The notes under the pieces are model-generated. The model was not told the origin of the DNA. It saw only the letters and a list, made by a program, of their open reading frames with translations, and made no database searches. A stretch of DNA of 64,000 bases. It comes from Octopus sinensis. Taxonomy: Eukaryota. The first letter of the stretch is position 1; every line of letters starts with the position of its first letter. Made by a program: the position numbers and the translations under genes. The stretch is taken from contig NC_042999.1 of assembly GCF_006345805.1 (NCBI RefSeq), forward strand, positions 149,482,001 to 149,546,000, read 5' to 3'. This document shows, in pieces, positions 54,021 through 64,000 of this stretch.

Positions 54021-54335
54021 TACCTCACAGCAGAAGTGTTAAGACCAATCCATCTGGTGGTATAAAGCACTCATAGCAGTGCCTCACAAAAGCACTTGTG
54101 CAGTGCCACATGAAAGCTCCTGTGTGGTACTACATAAATGCACCTGTGTGATGTCATGTAAAAATGTCCAGCACACTCTGTAAAGTGGTTAGCATTAGGA
54201 AGGGAATCCAGCTGTAGAAACCATGCCAAATCAGACTGGCAGCACCCCAGAGTAAAAGTCATGACATAGTGTATTGTAAAGATCAAATAGATAAAACTAG
54301 AAGTGTACTTGAAAACAAACTTGATAATTTTTCAA

Positions 54336-54656
54336 TCTCTTTTACTTGTTTCAGTCATTTGACTGCGGCCATGCTCGAGCACCGCCTTTAATCGAGCAAC
54401 TCGACCCCGGGACTTATTCTATCGGTCTATTTTGCCGAACCGCTAAGTAACGGGGACATAAACACACCAGCATCGGTTGCCAAGCAATGCTAGGGGGACA
54501 AACACAGACGCACAAACACACACATGCATATATATACATATATACCACGGGCTTCTTTCAGTTTCCGTCTACCAAATCCACTCACAAGGCTTTGGTCGGC
54601 CCGAGACTATAGTAGAAGACCCTTGCCCAAGGTGCCATGCAGTGGAACTGAACCCG
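54336..54656 (-). mobile_element. SINE family B, truncated
   Basis: Family B tail and most of the head. Confidence 0.85.
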
Positions 54657-54659
54657 GGG

Positions 54660-55195
54660 GGAAAAATATGGAGTCGATGCAGGAATCGGAATTCAGAGAT
54701 CCAAGAATATATCTATTGAGCCCCAACGACATTATAAAATGCTTTATAACAAAATTATCAGTACAATAGTTGACCAAATAAAAGCACGATATTCATCCTT
54801 AGAAGAGTTTAAATTCATGGAACTTTCGAATTTCAACAAATTTGATGAGTATTGCAAACAATTTAAAAATCATGGGTACTATTTAAGAAGAGTGGTCCTG
54901 GTGCGCGCACCAGAGCATCTACGCCAGCTAGTCGTGACTAGTCGGTCCTTACTTTGTGTTTTATTTACTTTGTTTAAAACATTATTTACTTTGTGTTTTT
55001 GTGTTTTATATATTTTGTTTAAAAAATTTATTTACTTTGCTAGATAGTCGTAGGATCGACTAGTCACGACTAGTCACGACTAGCCAGCGCGGATGCACGA
55101 GCGCGCGCAACAGGACCACTCTTCTTAAATAGTACCAGGGCAACGTTTTTTTTTTTATTTGCATGTCCAGCCCCGGAAGTTACCGCACGCCACTG
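54660..55195 (+). mobile_element. hAT-like transposon remnant (transposase piece plus right end), interrupted by a MITE
   Basis: YKMLYNKIISTIVDQIKARYSSLEEFKFMEL resembles the Y..IID.I..QI..RF segment of ZMYM1/Tip100-type hAT transposases; terminus ..GCACGCCACTG at 55195. Confidence 0.55.
54875..55136. mobile_element. MITE with TIRs of about 34 bp or more
   Basis: GGTACTATTTAAGAAGAGTGGTCCTG.TGCGCGC / GCGCGCA.CAGGACCACTCTTCTTAAATAGTACC; internal inverted CTAGTCGTGACTAGTC motifs. Confidence 0.88.
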
Positions 55196-56418
55196 ATATA
55201 TATATATATATATAATACAAATAAGAAAATGGAGAAGCAAATTTAGTTTGTTCATCAACTTTCAAATATTAGAATGTTGGATTATTTATTCATTTAACAA
55301 AATGAGACCCTCAGTAGCATACATATATATCTTATAATTCAATACATATAAGCTAAGAATACAAATTATAAAAGTCATAATATAAATTATTGAAATCACA
55401 CCCAGACATACATACATATATATATATATATATACATACATACATACATACATACATACATACATACATACATACATACATACATACATAAATACATACA
55501 GGGGTTGGACAAAATAATGGAAACACCTTAAAATTTCAAACAAATTTATTGTAATATACAGTAGGACTGCCTTTGGTAGTAATTACAGCTTGAATTCTAC
55601 AAGGTATGGACTCATACAAAGTTTGAATTGTTTCCAGTGGAATTTTTGTCCAGTCTTCAGCTAAAACAGTTTCCAGTTCTTGTAGTGATGATGATGGAGG
55701 ATATCGACTCCTTACTTGTTTTTCTAAAATGTACCGTAAATGTTCAATAATACTGATATCTGGGGACTGTGGTGGCCAGATAAGTTGTTCATCTTCACTA
55801 GAATGCTCCTTGTGCCATTCAATAACAACTTTAGCTATGTGAATTGGTTCATTGTCATCCTGAAAGATTGCATTTCCTTCCAGAAACAGTTCCGCAACCA
55901 TAGGATGAATTTAGTCAGATAAAATGCTTTATTGACTATTAATTCTGCTATGAAGGGAAACCAGTGGGCCAACAGATTTCCAAGATATAGACCCCCACCC
56001 CGCCAGATCGTCACAGATCCTCCTCTATGTTTAACAGCTGGAAGAAGGCAGTCTGGGTCAAATGCTTCTCTTGACTGTCTCCACACATATACTCAGCCAG
56101 TGGTCAGAAATAAGGTAAAGGATGACTCGTCTGAGAAAATAACATTCTTCCACTGCTCTAGGGACCAATTCTGTAGATTTTTACTCCACTCTAAACGCTT
56201 TGCAACATTTTGAAAGTAGTGGTTTTCTGATTGCAGCCCTCCTGTGAAATCTGGTTTTGTGCTGCTTTCTAGCAAACAGTTTTTGTAGAAACTGGGTTCT
56301 TGAGGTGGTTAATAAGCTCTGCAGTAATTTGGGGAGCTGTACTTTTGTGATCCTCTCTAACAATTCACGTAAGAGTCCAATGGTCCCTATCTGAAAGCTT
56401 TGGTTTTCTTCCAGAGTT

Positions 56419-57732
56419 TTGAAAAGTACCACTGATGCTATATTCCTGGTAAGGCAGCTGCAGGAGAAATACCTAGCCAAAGATAAGGCCCTGTACCTGG
56501 CTTTTGTTGACATGGAGAAAGCCTTCGACAGGGTCCCCCGATCCCTCATATGGTGGTCAATGAGGAAACTAGGAATAGAAGAATGGTTAGTGAGAGCTGT
56601 GCAAGCCATGTACAGGGACGCTGCTAGTAAGGTGAGGGTTGGAAATGAGTACAGTGAAGAATTCCGGGTAGAGGTAGGGGTCCACCAAGGCTCAGTCCTC
56701 AGCCCCCTCCTATTTATCATAGTCCTCCAGGCAATAACGGAGGAATTCAAGACAGGATGCCCCTGGGAGCTCCTCTATGCTGATGACCTTGCTCTAATTG
56801 CTGAGTCATTATCAGAACTGGAGAAGAAGTTTCAGGTGTGGAAGCATGGTTTAGAATCGAAGGGCCTTAGAGTCAACCTAGCTAAAACCAAAGTCCTAAT
56901 AAGTAGGAAGGTAGACAAATCACAAACGCCTTCAAGTAGATGGCCCTGCTCGATCTGTAGAAAAGGTGTAGGTAGAAACTCTATAAGATGCACCAAGTGT
57001 AAGCTATGGACACATAAGAGGTGCAGCAATGTCATAGGAAGGCTAACTAGGAAGATGGTTTTTGTATGTGGCAGATGCTCGGGAGCATTAACCTCTGAAA
57101 ATCTACAGAAAACAACTTCCGTCACTTTCCAGGGGGAAAAACTAGAAGTAGTTGATAGCTTCCGTTATCTTGGTGACCAAGTCAGTAGTGGGGGTGGGTG
57201 TGCTGAAAGTGTAACGGCTAGAGTAAGAATAGCCTGGGCAAAGTTTAGGGAGCTCTTACCTCTGTTGGTGACTAAAGGCCTCTCGCTCAGAGTAAAAGGC
57301 AGACTGTATGATGCATGTGTACGAACAGCCATGCTACATGGCAGTGAAACATGGGCCGTGACTGCTGAGGACATGCGTAAGCTCGCGAGAAATGAAGCTA
57401 GTATGCTCCGTTGGATGTGTAATGTCAGTGTTCATAGTCGACAGAGTGTAAGTACCTTGAGAGAAAAGTTGGACCTAAGAGGAATCAGATGTTGTGTGCA
57501 AGAGAGACGATTGCGCTGGTATGGTCATGTGGTGAGAATGGATGAAGATAGGTGTGTGAAAAAGTGCCACACCCTGGCAGTTGAGGGGACCTGTGGAAGA
57601 GGTAGACCCAGGAAAACCTGGGTCGAGGTGGTGAAGCACGACCTTCGAACTCTAGGTCTCACCAAGGAAATGACCAGAGACCGAGACCTATGGAAGTATG
57701 CTGTGCGTGAAAAGACCCGGCAAGACCAGTGA
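56419..57732 (+). CDS. RTE-clade non-LTR retrotransposon reverse transcriptase, 5'-truncated, uninterrupted 437 codons
   Basis: AFVDMEKAFDRV, GVHQGSVLSPLLF, LLYADDL, Cys-rich insert, YGSETW-like and GRGRPRKTW motifs. The listed start is the truncation junction, not a true start. Confidence 0.93.
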   Translation: MKSTTDAIFLVRQLQEKYLAKDKALYLAFVDMEKAFDRVPRSLIWWSMRKLGIEEWLVRAVQAMYRDAASKVRVGNEYSEEFRVEVGVHQGSVLSPLLFIIVLQAITEEFKTGCPWELLYADDLALIAESLSELEKKFQVWKHGLESKGLRVNLAKTKVLISRKVDKSQTPSSRWPCSICRKGVGRNSIRCTKCKLWTHKRCSNVIGRLTRKMVFVCGRCSGALTSENLQKTTSVTFQGEKLEVVDSFRYLGDQVSSGGGCAESVTARVRIAWAKFRELLPLLVTKGLSLRVKGRLYDACVRTAMLHGSETWAVTAEDMRKLARNEASMLRWMCNVSVHSRQSVSTLREKLDLRGIRCCVQERRLRWYGHVVRMDEDRCVKKCHTLAVEGTCGRGRPRKTWVEVVKHDLRTLGLTKEMTRDRDLWKYAVREKTRQDQ

Positions 57733-57777
57733 GAACAATCAAAATCAAATCATATATCAGAAAGCAGGGGTTAAGTG

Positions 57778-58452
57778 ACCCATCCGTTCGTGTCCGCTGT
57801 CAGCCTCGTCTGGCACCCGTGCCGGTGATACGTAAAAGCACCATTCGCTCATGGCCGTTTGCCAGCTCTGCCTGGCCCCGTGTTGGTGGCACGTAAAAGC
57901 ACCATCCGTTCGTGTTCGTTGCCAGCCTCGCCTGGCCCCGTGCCGGTGACACATAAAAGCACCGTCCGTTCGTGGCCGTTTGCCAGCTCTGTCTGGCCCC
58001 GTGTCGGTGGCACGTAAAAGCACCATCCGTTCGTGGGCGTTTGCCAGCTCTGTCTGGCCCCGTGTCGGTGGCACGTCAAAGCACCATCCGTCCGTGTCCG
58101 TTGCCAGCCTTGGCTGGCCCCCGTGCCGGTGACACGTAAAAGCACCGTCCGCTCGTGGCCGTTTGCCAGCTCTGTCTGGCAACCGTGTCGGTGGCACGTA
58201 AAAGCACCATCCGTTCGCGTCCGTTGCCAGCCTCGGCTGGCCCCCGTGCCGGTGACACGTAAAAGCACCGTCCGTTCGTGGCCGGTTGCCAGCTCTGTCT
58301 GGCCCCGTGTCGGTGGCACGTAAAAGCACCATCCGTTCGTGTCCGTTGCCAGCATCGCCTGGCCCCGTGCCGGTGACACGTAAAAGCACCATCCGTTCGT
58401 GGCCGTTCGCCAGCTCTGTCTGGCACCTGTGTAGGTGGCACGTAAAAAACAC
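57778..58452 (+). repeat. About 61-bp tandem array, 11 units, in the RTE 3'UTR
   Basis: Recurring CGTGCCGGTG(G/A)CACGTAAAAGCACC at about 60-62 bp spacing. Confidence 0.95.
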
Positions 58453-59363
58453 CCACTACACTCGCGGAGTGGTTGGCGTTAGGAAGGGCATCCAGCCGTA
58501 GAAACATTGCCAGATCTGACTGGGCCTGACGAAGCCTTCCAGCTTCACAGACCCCAGTTGACCCGTCCAACCCATGCTAGCATGGAAAGCGGATGCAAAA
58601 CGATGATGATGATGATGATGAAGAAGGTTTTTCCCTCTTTCTCAAAGGTTGTCATTACTTTCAAGACAGTACTTCTTCATACACCAAACATTTCAGCTGT
58701 TTTTGTTACGCTAGTTCCTGCCATATGAGCACCAACAATTTGACCTCTTTGAAAGTCTGATAGATCTGTCATTTTAATGAATTTTAATTACCTTTTTCTG
58801 ATGATATCTGAAAAGAAACAGCAATTTTAGCAAAACATATTAAGCAACACTAATAATAAATAAAAAAACATAAAAATAAACAAGCTTTTGATGATTGTAT
58901 AGATAGTTCAAAATTATGATGCTAGGTGTTTCCATTATTTTGTCCAACCCCTGTAAATACATATATGTCAGTAGCATGTAAAAGCACCTTTCAAGTGTTG
59001 GGTCTCACAGAAGCAAGGACCCAAGACCATTTGGCATTATGCCGGGCTTTGAGCATTGGGCCTCACAGAGGCAATGACCAAGTCTATTTGGCATTATGTC
59101 ATGTTAGAGAAGACCCATCAAGTCAAGTAAAACTGCAGTCATGGCAGATACCAGTGTCACGCAAATGATACCCATACCAGTGGCACATAAAAGCACCCAT
59201 TACACTCTCAGAGTGGTTGGCGTTAGGAAGGGCATCCAGCCATAGAAACCATGCCAAAACAGACTGGAGTCTGGTGCAGCCTTCCGGCTTGCCAGCCCTG
59301 GTCAAACCATCCAACCCATGCCAGCATGAACAACGGACATTAAATGATGATGATATCTATATC

Positions 59364-59395
<32 letters not shown>

Positions 59396-59399
59396 TTAA

Positions 59400-59832
59400 T
59401 AAAGACAAAGTTTGACCTAAGCAACAAAGACCAATCATTCACTGTATCTAAATGCAATAATAGCCAGTGTGGCACATGCCAATTCATACATACTAGCCAA
59501 TATATGAACACAAAAACTGGAAAAAAATTCACAAATGCAAATATGAACTGCAAAAGCAAATATTTAATTTACTGCATCAAATTCCCAAATTGTGAAGAAC
59601 TATATGTAGGTCAAACTGGAAAGGCACTATCAGAATGTTCACGTGTGCACCGACAGCAAATTAGAGAGCCAGATGTCTTTCAGATACCTTTGAGTAACCA
59701 TCTAGCAACATGCAGTTGGAAAATATGTATAATATTTCCGTTCTACAAACAATGAAGTCCAAGTGAAATTGAAAGAAAAATCAGAGAAAAGAATTTTATT
59801 AATAAATTCCAAACCAAGCTAAATAAACAATA
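59400..59832 (+). pseudogene. Penelope-like (Neptune-type) GIY-YIG endonuclease fragment
   Basis: KCNNSQCGTCQFI..MNCKSKYLIYCIKFPNCEELYVGQTGKALSECSRVHRQQI..PLSNHL..ERKIREKNFINKFQTKLN. Cys linker plus IY..C..YVGQT motif. Confidence 0.88.
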
Positions 59833-60283
59833 ATACTAATACTTAGAGGCACTATTTCTACTGCTAAGACCACTACCACTAACAACAACAACAATACTAA
59901 AGGTACTCATTATGATGATAGCAGGAAAAACTAGCTAAGTCAAGAGAAAAGTCAGTAAAAATTATTTTATTTTGGGGTTTGAAGTTCTATTACCACAGCT
60001 ACACCTACCACCACCACCAACAACAACAACAATAATAAAGGAGATGATAATGATGACAATGATAATTTAAATGTAAAACTCCTTGGGAGATGTTCTTTAC
60101 AACATTTCTAAAAATAGCCCACACCAATCAACTTAAGTAATTTAGTAAAATCACATACTGATTGGTCAGAATAAGTTAGCAAAAATTAACATTCTGGAGC
60201 CTATACAAATGTATTTAAAGCACACAGTTTAGCCATCTCACCACAGTTGTAAATTGTAAAACATAACTGTCACCACTACTACA

Positions 60284-60328
60284 TGAACCTGAAGATTGCA
60301 TAGTTTAATGCATGAAAGTACTAGTTCA
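60284..60328 (+). ncRNA. Minimal type I hammerhead ribozyme motif in PLE 3' terminus
   Basis: TGAAC CTGAAGA T-TGCAT-AGTTTA-ATGCA-T GAAA GTAC TA GTTCA: 5-bp stem I, one-pair stem III with palindromic GUAC loop. Confidence 0.85.
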
Positions 60329-61163
60329 ATCAGAATGGATATTTAATATTCTATCATTTCATTACATTATATTATCAATAATATTAATATGCTAACTTTT
60401 TGTTTTTGTATGTACCTGTTGTGTGCGTCACACTTTTTTGAAGTGGCAAAGCGAGAGAGAGAGGAGGACAGAGAAGAAGTAAGAGAAAGTGAGAGAGAAA
60501 GAGAAAGTGAAAGAGACAGTGAGTGGTGATGGCATTCATTTTGTATTTTTAAATGTTTCAGAGTGGATGTATGAGAGAAAGAAAGAGTGTGAGAGAGAAA
60601 GAGAGACAGTGAGTGGTGGCGGTATTTGCTTTGTGTTTTTAAATGTTTATCACATCGCAAGAGAAATAGATACATAGATACATACACATATTGTTAAATC
60701 GAAAGTGGGAGAGAAGAGTGATACAAAGAAAGTGAAAGAGAAAGAGAGTAAGTGAGAGAGACGGTAGATACATAAATCCAAAGAAAAGTTTATAGATACA
60801 TAGACACAGCAAATATTGGCTGTCAATTTCACTTTTCATTACCACACGAGGATAAAATTAACTTACAAATGGCTGAGTACTTCACAGACATGCTTAACAT
60901 TAATGTCATTCTCAGGGAGATTCAACCTCACACAGAATATGACAAGGCTGGCCCCTTTGAATTACAGCTACAACTCGAGACATATATATATATATATATA
61001 TATATGAATGTATTTGTGTGTGTATAGTATTGGTTAGTTAAAACATGTTTGCAATAATAAGTGTTGCATGGTGGAAAAAATGCAATTACCAAACTTTCAT
61101 TCATAAATCCATTTATTATTTCGTTTTCTTTTTTTTTTTTGCATTTCAATTTGATTTGTATAT

Positions 61164-61850
61164 TTGTACCCAGAAATTTTCAACAACTGCACACCAAAAG
61201 AAATGGAAAAACGAGTAATTTTGTCTCCTAAAACTTCTGACTGTCTTGCAATAAATGAAAAAGTTCTTAATATTATACCAGAGGCACTTAAAACGTACTT
61301 AAGCACAGATTTAGTATCCTGCAATAAGGAAGAAGAGGTTCAGAACTATCCCTTTGAATTCATAAGCTCACTCACTCCATCCGGTATGCCTCTTCATCGC
61401 CTCAACTTAAAAGTAGGGGCTATTGTAATGCTGCTAAGAAATCTTTTGATTAGTCAAGGATTATGTAATGGAACTCGCATGAAAGTGCAAATACTTCATA
61501 AACATTGTGTAGAGGCATCATTGGTAACAGGCTCCAACAGAGGTCATACAGTTTTAATTCCCAGAATTAAACTTAGCCCAAGTGATGCAAATATTCCATT
61601 CAGACAAAACAGACTTCAGTTTCCATATTCAATGACAATTAATAAGGCTCAAGGGCAAACATTTGAAAAAGTTGGAATACATTTGCCCCAACCGGTATTT
61701 TCTCATAGTCAATTATATGTTGCACTTTCAAGAGTACAAGCTATGAACAATATCAAAGTAAGAGTTATGACACTCAATTGGGATAACAGACAAGGCCAAA
61801 AACGTGGTGTGACATGCACACAAAATATTGTCTACCATAAAGTACTGTGA
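61164..61850 (+). pseudogene. Helitron Rep/Hel C-terminal PIF1-like helicase fragment
   Basis: YP.EFISSLTPSGMPLHRLNLKVGAIVMLLRNL..GLCNGTR..LIPRI..RLQFP(short deletion)YSMTINKAQGQTFEKVGI.L..PVFSHSQLYVALSRV. Confidence 0.92.
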
Positions 61851-62039
61851 GGAAGATCACTGCACCAGCTAGCATCACCACCACACCAGCTACTCCATCA
61901 TTACACATCTACATTACACCTTTAAGATCGGGGAACCAGTTAGGGGCCTGGTGGATCTCTCTCAGCATACCAGCAAACCACAAAATCGCACTAGCCAGCA
62001 TCACCACTACCTCCAAGCCTGTCATATATATATATATAC

Positions 62040-62070
<31 letters not shown>

Positions 62071-62799
62071 TGTATGTATGTGTGTGTGTGTATGTATGTA
62101 TGTGTATGTGTGTGTGTAAGTTTGTGTATGTGTTTGTCCCACCACAACCATTGCTTGAGAACCAATGTTGGTGCGTTTGCGTCCCTGTAATTTAGCTGTT
62201 CAACAGAAGAGACTGATAGAATAAGTACCAGGCTTACAGGGAATAAGTTCAGGGGTCAATTTCTTCAACTAAAGGGTGATGCTTCAGCATGGCCACTGTC
62301 AAATGAATGAAACAAAGGAATAAAAGAATATCAGAAAAATGTTTCATACCACTAAACCAAGAAGGTTCTTTAAATATGTACGATATATTTTAAGGTTAAA
62401 TAGTAATTCCGTTTACATTTGTGTAACTGAGATATTTTGGTTGGATTATATAGTCATTGGTGTTACATTACTTTCTATATTCTGTAACTGTCACAATATA
62501 CTTTCTGGTCCTGAAATTTTTGTGGGGAGGGTGCCAATTGATTAGATCGACTCCAGTACACAACTGGTACTTAATTTATCGACCCCAAAAGGATAAAAAG
62601 TAAAGTCGACCTCGGCAGAATTTGAACTCAGAACGTAAAAACAGACGGTCATAATATGCAAGCATTTCTCATGGCACCTGTACACTGTTTACAGATGCTT
62701 ACATTTTTTATGTTTTCCATGTATTTTTCATGGGTCCAGCTTGTATTATATTATTATAAGATTGTAAATAAAATCTGAAAATCAGACAAAGCTGGAATG

Positions 62800-64000
62800 A
62801 TCAGTTCAAAAGTGTCTTTACCACCCTGTTGGAACACAGACAAGTGAACGAACCAGTGGACTTCTTTACCGCTTCCCCTATAAGCAGCGAGGCAATTACG
62901 ATGGAATACATCAACATTAGTGAAGAAGATATGCTACTAGCCATAGATGAGGTGGACACAAACTCAACTGCTGGTCCTGATGGTTCCCCAGCAATCCTCC
63001 TCAAATTGTGTAATCGTCCCCTGGCAAAACCCCTCTAGATTCTCTTCCAGAGCTTTCTTGCAAGCTGAAGAAGGGAATAATATGCCCAATCCATAAAGGG
63101 GGAAACAGAGCAGATGCCAAAAACTATAGACCTATCTCTCTGATCACATCAGCAAAGTCATGGAACAGATTGTCAGAAGGAAACTAATTGCATTCCTTGA
63201 AGAAAATAACTTGCTGAGTGAAATCCAGGTAGGAGCTGCCTGACTCAGCTCTTACAACATTATGACTGGGTGTTGAGACAATTACTCAACAACTCAAATG
63301 TGGACATAATATACCTTGATTTTGCATAAGCTTTTGATCATGGTATGATATGCCACAAACTGCATGATCTCAGCATAGCTGGAAAACTTGGAGAGTGGTT
63401 ACATGACTTTCTGGAAGATAGAAGTCAGGCAGTAGTGGCCAATGGAGCCACCTCAATGAAAACACAAATAGTAAGTGGTGTTCCACAGGGCACTGTCTTG
63501 GGACCACTGCTTTTCATGGTGGCCCTCTCAGATATGCCTTCAACTGCCTGGATAGCCATCCCTGCTAGCTATGCAGATAATACGAGAGTCTTGCAGAAAA
63601 TACTGAACCCTAGCAATGTTGCACATCTGCAGCAGGAGTTGGACTCAATTTACACATGGGCTGAGGATGATAATATGCAGTTTAATGCTGAGAAATTCAG
63701 AGACCTGCACTACCAGCATTCAAAACTGAATATAAAACTTACAGGATACACTAGTCAAGAGGGAATTACAATCCCAGAGCCTAAATCAGTGAGGGACATG
63801 GGTATTGACATGAGTGATGATACCTCTTTCCAAGTGCACATCACCAGGATGGCAACAAAATGCAGACGAATGGCTAGATGGATCTTGAGAACATTCAGAA
63901 CCAGAGATAAGGAAACCATGATGGTCCTCTGGAGGACATTCATCCTCAGCTACCTGATCATCCAACAGAATAAAATTAACAGCGGACCTTGAAGCAATCC
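62800..64000 (+). pseudogene. CR1-like LINE reverse transcriptase, degraded, runs off window
   Basis: STAGPDG, PIHKGG..AKNYRPISL, IYLDFA*AFD, SGVPQGTVLGPLLF, YADNT, MQFNAEKF motifs, with stops and frameshifts. Confidence 0.9.

Larger units (their letters stand above)
56419..58620 (+). mobile_element. Young 5'-truncated RTE LINE (ORF, 3'UTR array, (GAT)n tail)
   Basis: Tc1 sequence resumes on both sides; tail GATGATGAT at 58602-58620; no clear TSD. Confidence 0.92.
55499..58953 (-). mobile_element. Tc1-family transposon (pseudogenised), split by an RTE insertion
   Basis: Perfect TIRs CAGGGGTTGGACAAAATAATGGAAACACCT with TA flanks. ATG at 58772 (MTDLSDFQRGQIVGA..); later WKNVIFSDES, VKHRGGSVTIW, FQDDNEPIH, WPPQSPDISIIEH motifs in shifted frames. 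Confidence 0.95.

Noticed and set aside
57778-58452. CRISPR-like regular repeats
   Set aside because: The intervening segments are themselves repeated (two types), there are no cas genes, and the array sits in a eukaryotic LINE 3'UTR.
57757-58570. Minus-strand ORFs of 164-231 aa
   Set aside because: Antisense reading of the 61-bp array.
61164-61850. Host PIF1 helicase gene
   Set aside because: Intronless C-terminal fragment with Helitron-type motifs, a deletion after RLQFP and no true start.

Overview
AT-rich, repeat-dominated eukaryotic DNA with no recognisable intact host gene. The SINE, RTE and MITE repertoire and the long (TA)n/(TACA)n tracts suggest a cephalopod (Octopus-like) genome; this is an inference. 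Most ORFs in the track are microsatellite or SINE artefacts. The real coding remnants are all transposon-derived: a young 5'-truncated RTE LINE (with a 61-bp 3'UTR array) nested in a Tc1 element, two older RTE pieces, CR1-like RT fragments, a DD37D/maT-like element, a Merlin element with TIRs, a hAT fragment, a Helitron PIF1 helicase fragment, and two Penelope-like (PLE) GIY-YIG fragments. The main signal outside the ORF track is a set of type I hammerhead-ribozyme (HHR) motifs, 7 loci or 10 motifs counting mirror copies, in PLE-type termini. Three loci within about 4.6 kb (25.0-29.6 kb) are ORF-less DNA palindromes embedded in (TA)n that carry an HHR on each strand. One of these is a 1.2-kb near-perfect hairpin with an unusually long stem II. 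Several other foldbacks are also present. All folds were made by eye and catalytic activity is untested. SINE and MITE boundaries are approximate.
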